Assembly (NCBI GenBank): GCA_041178085.1
Contig: JBEGVZ010000043.1
Location: forward strand, 39,381 to 103,380
DNA: 64,000 nucleotides
Reading direction: 5' to 3'
DNA from: Pseudomonadota bacterium
GTDB lineage: Bacteria; Bdellovibrionota_B; Oligoflexia; Oligoflexales; RGVZ01
Part shown: one piece after another, positions 57,973-64,000 of the stretch
Layout: each line of letters opens with the position of its first letter
Numbering within the stretch: the stretch's first letter is position 1
The notes under the pieces: generated by a model
The model's input: only the letters and a program-made list of their open reading frames with translations
The model's database searches: none
What the model was told of the DNA's origin: nothing
Made by a program: the position numbers and the translations under genes

Positions 57973-59169
57973 ATGAAATTTACCAGGACTCGCCCCCAAG
58001 GATCGCCAAATCCAGATTTTGCAGGTTTTGAGGCCCTGCTTACCGAAGAGCAGAAGATGCTCATGCAAGCAGTCCGTTCTTTCGTCAAAAAAGAGGCTGA
58101 GCCACTGATTGCAAAAGCCTATCTGGACGAAGACTTTCCACGCACGCTTATCCCGAAAATCGGTGAACTGGGAATTCTGGGCGCCAATCTTGACGGTTTC
58201 GGACTGCCTGGCGTCGACGAGATCGCCTATGGCCTCGCCATGCGGGAATTCGAGCGCTGTGACTCAGGCCTGCGCAGTTTTGTCTCGGTGCAAGGTGGCC
58301 TGGTCATGTTCCCGATTCACCAGTTCGGATCCGAAGAGCAAAAAAAAGAATGGTTGCCAAAACTGCACCGCGCCGAGGCCATCGGTTGCTTTGGCCTGAC
58401 GGAATCCGATGGTGGTTCCAACCCCGGCGCCATGAAGACTCGTGCCGAGGACAAGGGAGATCACTGGCTTCTCAACGGTTCCAAGATGTGGATCACCAAC
58501 GGTAACCTGGCCCAAATCGCAATCGTGTGGGCACAGACGGCTCAAGGCATCCGGGGCTTCATCGTGCCGACCAACCTGCCAGGTTTCACGGTCCGCCAGA
58601 TGAAGAACAAGCTGTCGCTGCGCGCCTCGGTGACTTCTGAACTTTATTTCGACAACGTCAAGCTACCGAAATCGGCGATCCTGCCCAAAACTGAGGGATT
58701 GAAGTCGGCTCTCGCGTGCCTCACAACCGCACGTTACGGGATCGCATGGGGCGTACTTGGTGCTGCCGAAGCCTGTTTTGACGAAGCCATGGATTACCTG
58801 AAAACCCGTAATGTGTTTGGGCGTCCCCTGACTGCCTACCAGCTGGTTCAACGCAAACTGGCCATCTGCCTGACCCGGATCACGACCGGGCAACTCCTGG
58901 TCCACCGGCTTGGTCAGCTCAAGCAAGAGGGCAAACTGCATTTTGCTCAAGTGTCAATGGCCAAGCAAAATAACTGCGAGCTGGCCCTGGAAGTGGCAAG
59001 AACCTGCCGCGACCTTCTGGGAGGCAACGGAATCATGATTGAATACAGGACCATGCGTCACATGTGCAACCTCGAGACCGTCTACACATACGAAGGGACC
59101 AATGACATACACTTATTGATCGTCGGAGCAGAGATCACGGGCATTCCTGCGTTCGGACAAACTGTGTGA
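57973..59169 (+). CDS. acyl-CoA dehydrogenase (glutaryl-CoA dehydrogenase-like)
   Basis: ERCDSGLRSFVSVQ, GCFGLTE, NGSKMWITN, SLRASVT, LGGNGI, TYEGT.DIH. Confidence 0.92.
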   Translation: MKFTRTRPQGSPNPDFAGFEALLTEEQKMLMQAVRSFVKKEAEPLIAKAYLDEDFPRTLIPKIGELGILGANLDGFGLPGVDEIAYGLAMREFERCDSGLRSFVSVQGGLVMFPIHQFGSEEQKKEWLPKLHRAEAIGCFGLTESDGGSNPGAMKTRAEDKGDHWLLNGSKMWITNGNLAQIAIVWAQTAQGIRGFIVPTNLPGFTVRQMKNKLSLRASVTSELYFDNVKLPKSAILPKTEGLKSALACLTTARYGIAWGVLGAAEACFDEAMDYLKTRNVFGRPLTAYQLVQRKLAICLTRITTGQLLVHRLGQLKQEGKLHFAQVSMAKQNNCELALEVARTCRDLLGGNGIMIEYRTMRHMCNLETVYTYEGTNDIHLLIVGAEITGIPAFGQTV

Positions 59170-59228
59170 TAATGGTCATTGGAGCATAGATAAACCGAAG
59201 CTCACTCATCGCAAGACAGGGAGTCAAC

Positions 59229-59765
59229 ATGCGAATCAATAAGATTGTCACCGCCGTCGCAAGCATCGTCGCAGTCACTGGGCTTTTAGCCACCAGCGCC
59301 TTCGCTGCCAAGATTGCACCATCGTCCTTTCCATGGATGAACGCAGGCCAGGCCGGGACCACCTACAACATGGCAGACCATGCCAACGCCGTGTTTGTGT
59401 TCGAGGCATTCAGCCTGAATTGCAGCTGGTGTAACAAGAACGCCGAAAATGTCGACGCCCTGGCGACCAAGTTCAAGGACAACCCGCGCGTTCAGGTGGT
59501 GGACCTCGGCCTTGACACTTCTGACAGCTACTACAGCCGCTGGATTGCCACCCACAAGCCAAACCATCCCGTCGTCAAGGATGTTGGTCGCAAGGTCTAT
59601 AGCGCCCTCCAGGTAGAAAACGGGATTCCTCAGGTGTTCATCGTGAACTGCCGCGGAGAGCGTGAAGAAGTCGTCGTCGGCTACTGGGGAGAAGCGGAGA
59701 AAGCCCAGGTGGAAGCTGCGGTGAACCGCGCGCTGCAAACCACGTGCGTGCCTACTGCTCTTTGA
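59229..59765 (+). CDS. exported redoxin/TlpA-like thioredoxin-fold protein
   Basis: Signal peptide, CSWC, GIPQVFIVN. Confidence 0.8.
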   Translation: MRINKIVTAVASIVAVTGLLATSAFAAKIAPSSFPWMNAGQAGTTYNMADHANAVFVFEAFSLNCSWCNKNAENVDALATKFKDNPRVQVVDLGLDTSDSYYSRWIATHKPNHPVVKDVGRKVYSALQVENGIPQVFIVNCRGEREEVVVGYWGEAEKAQVEAAVNRALQTTCVPTAL

Positions 59766-59787
59766 TTTTTAAAGACCTCTGCAAAAC

Positions 59788-59819
59788 AAAAGCCCCCCGG
59801 CAATTGCCGGGGGGCTTTT
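59788..59819. terminator. bidirectional terminator (perfect 32-bp palindrome)
   Basis: aaaagccccccggcaattgccggggggctttt between convergent genes. Confidence 0.88.
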
Positions 59820-59856
59820 CATTTATCTTGGCTTCGAACTGACGCTCTTGTCTGGA

Positions 59857-60693
59857 TCACTCGAACAGGATCAAAGGCAGGTGATCTGAATATCCGGAAA
59901 CAGGGCCACTGCGGAAAGGACGCCGGTCACGCATCAGGAAATGATCATCCATCCGGGCAACCTGACCGCAACTGTTTGAATAGATCTTGTCGTAATGACG
60001 CCAGTCGCCCTTGTAGTAATACGCTGGCTTGGCCTTTGCCGAACAATCGCTCAAAGAATCATCGCTCAGGTAGTCTTCTTCCATGTTGAAGTCGCCACCG
60101 ACAATGACGCGTCCAGCGGACAGAGAAGCGATGTCCTCCTTGAGGGCCTCAATGGCGTCCATCCGCAAGGATTCACCGCCATCCCGCTTTGACTTGAGGT
60201 GGACTCCGTAAACCGTCAGTCCATCCGGGAATGAAGCGCGCAAGTGGGGCCGATAGGTTGTCTTCACAAGCTGTGTGCTGACTCCCCGTATCGAAGTGAA
60301 TAAGGCAACGCCGACATGCATGGATTGATCTGCGTTGGCGCTGGTGGCCTCGTAACCGCACTTTCCCGCTGCAGCCGCGATCATGTCTGCGGCGCGCTGG
60401 TTCTCCACTTCAGAAGCCATGACGATTTTAGGACATCCCGCCGCCACAAGCACTTCGGCCACACGCGCAGCCTTGTCGCGCGCTTGCTCAGGTGACCATG
60501 TGCCGCGCTCAATTGAAAAATCTTCGTATTCGGTTCCCTGATCCTCATCATCAAAGGCGTTTTCGACGTTCATCGACATGAAAAGAGGCGTGACTCCTGC
60601 AGGTACCGTGCCTGAAAGCTCTGCGACAGCAAGGCCGTTGCCCTTGCAGGAGACGACAGAGATCAGTAGTAAACCCATCGATAATTGACGCAT
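59857..60693 (-). CDS. endonuclease/exonuclease/phosphatase family lipoprotein
   Basis: Lipobox VVSC; NVEN, EVEN, HLKSK, GDFN, GYSDHLP. Confidence 0.85.
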   Translation of the reverse strand: MRQLSMGLLLISVVSCKGNGLAVAELSGTVPAGVTPLFMSMNVENAFDDEDQGTEYEDFSIERGTWSPEQARDKAARVAEVLVAAGCPKIVMASEVENQRAADMIAAAAGKCGYEATSANADQSMHVGVALFTSIRGVSTQLVKTTYRPHLRASFPDGLTVYGVHLKSKRDGGESLRMDAIEALKEDIASLSAGRVIVGGDFNMEEDYLSDDSLSDCSAKAKPAYYYKGDWRHYDKIYSNSCGQVARMDDHFLMRDRRPFRSGPVSGYSDHLPLILFE

Positions 60694-60746
60694 AAAACCC
60701 CCTGACGTGAAAATACGGTTCCACGGACGATCCGGCTTTGACCGGA

Positions 60747-61331
60747 TCAATCGCGTCCGCTTGCCGTTAAATCAACCTGACGAGATGGCTCTTTTGTTGG
60801 AGATGCTTCGCAGGTCAATTCGTAGGTATACGAACCGACGACCGAACCTTTCACTCCGTAGGTACCCTTCAGCTTGTGGACCGTGCGTCCGCCCACCTTG
60901 TCCTTGCCGACAAGGCGCAGATTCAAGTTGTCACCACGACCTGACAGGGACTCACGCGTGACAACTTTACCGTCTGAATAAAGCGGACCCATATACCAGG
61001 ACTCGCCAAACGGGCCCTCGGAATCGGGTATATCCGCGTCCCGTTGGAAGTACCTGTTTTGGACTTCCAGGCTATCTACCCAGCGACCGTCCCGACGTTT
61101 CGATTTAAACGACTGGAATTTCATCAAAATTCCCTCGTAATCAGGATGCATACCCGCGGGTTTCGATTTGATCAGACCAACGCAAACCATGGGCTCCACA
61201 AGGTAAGATTTCACCTGATCAGGGCGGCGAGTTGCAGCCGTCAATGCACCCTGTCCGTGCTCAGCAGAACCAGAAAAACCACATGAAATCAGGGTCATGA
61301 CGGTGCAAGCTGCAAAAACAAGACGCTGCAT
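60747..61331 (-). CDS. hypothetical lipoprotein
   Basis: Lipobox LISC; gggg RBS. Confidence 0.7.
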   Translation of the reverse strand: MQRLVFAACTVMTLISCGFSGSAEHGQGALTAATRRPDQVKSYLVEPMVCVGLIKSKPAGMHPDYEGILMKFQSFKSKRRDGRWVDSLEVQNRYFQRDADIPDSEGPFGESWYMGPLYSDGKVVTRESLSGRGDNLNLRLVGKDKVGGRTVHKLKGTYGVKGSVVGSYTYELTCEASPTKEPSRQVDLTASGRD

Positions 61332-61573
61332 TAGGAACCCCTTAAAACCAATTCATTATCTATATATTCATTAAAAATTGATGGCCATTTATTATTAAAT
61401 TCTATGCGCATGTCAATCAGAAAGTACGATCCACGGCCGGACGGACGCAGTGTGACAATGGAGAAATCACAATTAATTCGGGTGGTTGATCTAAGTGGGA
61501 AGCTGGGACTGTGCGACTATGAAAACATCCTCGCACGCAACAGACCTTCTATTTCTTGGTCAAGGCATTGGCC

Positions 61574-62515
61574 TCACAGGGAACCCTGACAACAGCCGGC
61601 GTGACTGACGGGAATCAAATAACTGACCGGAACAATACGTTCACCTGCCCCTTCGTCGTCCCCGCGGCGGATCGATTTTCTGCAGTCCCCATCGGCCGAG
61701 AAGTCCTTGTCACCGAAAACAAAAACCCCGACCAGAGACAGATCGTGGGCACGGAAAACTGGCGAACCCGAATTGCCCACAAACCCGTCCAGGTTGGACA
61801 ACCAGAACTGGTTGCCTGCGTCATCTTGTTCAGGACTGCGAATGACCGTCCTCTCATCTCCCGTCACCTTCAACGGCAGGCCAGTCGGATAGCCCATCAT
61901 CAACAGCCGGTCGCCAGGCGCAGCTTCCTTGCCATTCAAAGCAACAGGCTCACGTCCCTGCACTGGACGGTCCAGGCGGATCACAGCAAGGTCCATATTA
62001 TTAACACCAGGATTTCTCAGTGCGAGATGTTTGATCTCGGCGCAACGGTATACATCCTCCGCCTTGGCTCGGGACAAGTCCTTATCCTTTTCGTCCAGCA
62101 TGAATCCAAACACCCAGAGCTTCGACTTGCAAAAATCGAGATCACGGATGCAATGTCCAGCTGTCGCCAGCAAATCGGGTCCGATCAGGAAGCCACTGCA
62201 ATTTCCGACGAGAGGCTGGCTGGCAAATCGCTCATCAGCGCAGACCTTATAGAGGTCACGAAATGTAGTCGGAAGCAGGTTAAAGGAACCATCTTTCTCT
62301 AGCTTCACCCCAGACTCGCTCACACGGATCGCGGTCGCATCCGCAAGTTTACGCGCACGGGAGCTAAGATTTGCCTCGTACACATCCTTGCGGCCATCCT
62401 CGCCATAAATCCCCTTGGGATCAGCGGGAAGGTGGGCAGTTGTCCTGCACGACCCGCAAAGCAAAACAAAACTCACGACAAACGTGAAAGGAATCTTGGA
62501 CTGAAATACCGCCAT
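61574..62515 (-). CDS. trypsin-like (S1) serine protease, lipoprotein
   Basis: IYGEDGR, CSGFLI, TAGHC, DLAVIRL, GYP, GNSGSPV. Confidence 0.9.
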   Translation of the reverse strand: MAVFQSKIPFTFVVSFVLLCGSCRTTAHLPADPKGIYGEDGRKDVYEANLSSRARKLADATAIRVSESGVKLEKDGSFNLLPTTFRDLYKVCADERFASQPLVGNCSGFLIGPDLLATAGHCIRDLDFCKSKLWVFGFMLDEKDKDLSRAKAEDVYRCAEIKHLALRNPGVNNMDLAVIRLDRPVQGREPVALNGKEAAPGDRLLMMGYPTGLPLKVTGDERTVIRSPEQDDAGNQFWLSNLDGFVGNSGSPVFRAHDLSLVGVFVFGDKDFSADGDCRKSIRRGDDEGAGERIVPVSYLIPVSHAGCCQGSL

Positions 62516-62529
62516 AGCAGATCCCCTCT

Positions 62530-64000
62530 TTAAAATTCTTGCTTGCGTATACAAACCATCTTTCCGTCCAGGGCTTCGCAAGAAGCCGAATCCCTGGTCC
62601 ACAACTTGAATCGATCACGGAATGAGTTTGCTACAACATACACTGTATCACGTTCAAGCACCCCGTGACGCAGACGGGTCATGAAGTCCTCGCAGTACTT
62701 TGCTTCCGAGGCGCGCGGGGGACGAGCCCGCGGACCACTATTGATGGTCATGCCCTGCTGGCTCGCAAATAGCGCAAAAGGCGCATAATAAGTCGTCGGA
62801 TATTCGACAGCATCACCACCACAAATCCCCTCCTCAAAGTGCGGAGGAACCAATGCAACATGATTGAATGCGCCGCCGAGCTGATCCCATCCCGGGGCAG
62901 AGAGCTCGATAAAATCTTCCGATTTTTCCAGGCGTTGTGCGGATGCAATCACAGGGTATTGATCGATCACCTGACATACAAATGCAGCGAACATTAAGAC
63001 CATTGCGGTGGATCCCCAGCGCTTCTGCATGCGGATCAGGATGCCCGCGAAAAGAAGGTAATAAAGCGGCCATACAAAACGCCCCCCCGAGCGGAACGGA
63101 CCGGTCAAGAAAGAGAGCGGCTCGTAAAACCACTCCAGTTGGAAGATCCAATTACCCCAAACCCGCACGTTGGAACCAAGAGCAAAAAGAGCCATCAGAA
63201 GACAAATCAGAACCAGGCTCCTGTGGCGGGATTTGCGTACCAAATTGATCAGGGATTCCCCGCGCCGAAACAGATCAAGTAACTCCAGCAGGAGAAGGGC
63301 GCACATCCCAGCACCTAGCCAGGCAAAGCCCTCGTACTGCCCTGCTCTCGTTGGCCCCCGAAAAAAAACCGACCGGTCGTGAGGATTGAAAAAGGCGAGA
63401 ATATCGGTCGCAAAGTAGTGAAAGCCAGCATCCTGGTTTGACCGCGAATTTGTCAGGTATCCAAAAAGATACAACGGCAAGATTGATGCAAGCATCATTG
63501 CCGTACAACGCATTGCCACCGTGGACAGCTTGCGCCCGGAATAAACCAGCGCAATCGGCAGGACCATGGCGCCAAGGTAAGGATGGCTCGACCAGGCAAG
63601 AAACAACAGGAACACCCACCCTGTCACCGGTGCGTCACCCTTCGGGAATTTTGCAGCAAGCCACAACGCTGCCAGCACACACCAGTGAGCGCAAAGGGAT
63701 GCATGGCCGGCGTCGAATCGGAACAGGAAGACTGGACTCGTGACGAAAAAACATGCGGCGGCAAAAGTGGGCAACACCCGCCCCCCAAGAGATCGCACCA
63801 ACAAAAATCCGAAGACTCCCTGCAAAACAAAGTTCAGCAACATCCAAAGCCCAACAACCTGGGCTTTGGCTGGTAAAAACGGAGATACAAACTTCATCAA
63901 GACGGCAAACCAGGGGAATGTGTCATTGAACGCGATCGAAGAACCAATGGGATAGTTATAATTGGGGATGCTACCCAGAGGGATGCCCCAGGGCGCGGAT
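62530..64000 (-). CDS. DUF6311-like multi-TM membrane protein (putative GT-C glycosyltransferase), 5' end outside window
   Basis: Frame is open to the window edge: WGIPLG..PNY.YP.GSSI.FND..P, H.SL.AHW, HPYL, YEGFAWLG, FRSGGRFVWP. Confidence 0.75.
   Translation of the reverse strand, partial: SAPWGIPLGSIPNYNYPIGSSIAFNDTFPWFAVLMKFVSPFLPAKAQVVGLWMLLNFVLQGVFGFLLVRSLGGRVLPTFAAACFFVTSPVFLFRFDAGHASLCAHWCVLAALWLAAKFPKGDAPVTGWVFLLFLAWSSHPYLGAMVLPIALVYSGRKLSTVAMRCTAMMLASILPLYLFGYLTNSRSNQDAGFHYFATDILAFFNPHDRSVFFRGPTRAGQYEGFAWLGAGMCALLLLELLDLFRRGESLINLVRKSRHRSLVLICLLMALFALGSNVRVWGNWIFQLEWFYEPLSFLTGPFRSGGRFVWPLYYLLFAGILIRMQKRWGSTAMVLMFAAFVCQVIDQYPVIASAQRLEKSEDFIELSAPGWDQLGGAFNHVALVPPHFEEGICGGDAVEYPTTYYAPFALFASQQGMTINSGPRARPPRASEAKYCEDFMTRLRHGVLERDTVYVVANSFRDRFKLWTRDSASCEALDGKMVCIRKQEF

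Overview
A gene-dense, mostly housekeeping chromosomal window of about 55-57% GC (estimated by eye). It is probably from a Bdellovibrionota/Oligoflexia-like deltaproteobacterium; this is inferred from the fused NuoCD, the membrane-anchored FtsY, a DUF1501/cytochrome c cluster, many orphan lipoproteins and a deltaproteobacterial-type palindromic repeat. Recognisable genes include orn, pepP, an HU protein, ftsY, ffh, miaB, aspS, a RidA protein, nuoCD-E-F-G-I, gldA and lipA, plus RNA-modification enzymes, oxidoreductases and secreted hydrolases. I saw no rRNA, tRNA, CRISPR array, integrase or transposase. Four observations stand out. (1) An orphan T4-gp19/Afp-like tail-tube gene has an N-terminal export or membrane segment and is translationally coupled to an unknown lipoprotein inside the aspS-ridA...ffh-miaB run. 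(2) An Rsm22/METTL17-like Fe-S methyltransferase is fused in frame to a membrane-anchored CxxCH (DUF1588-like) protein. (3) A second UbiB/ABC1 kinase naturally carries the A-rich-loop Ala-to-Gly change and a degenerate KxGQ motif. (4) A ~185-nt fold-back element between orn and pepP contains a Cys-rich micro-ORF whose Shine-Dalgarno appears sequestered. All family calls come from motif recognition by eye, not from database searches.
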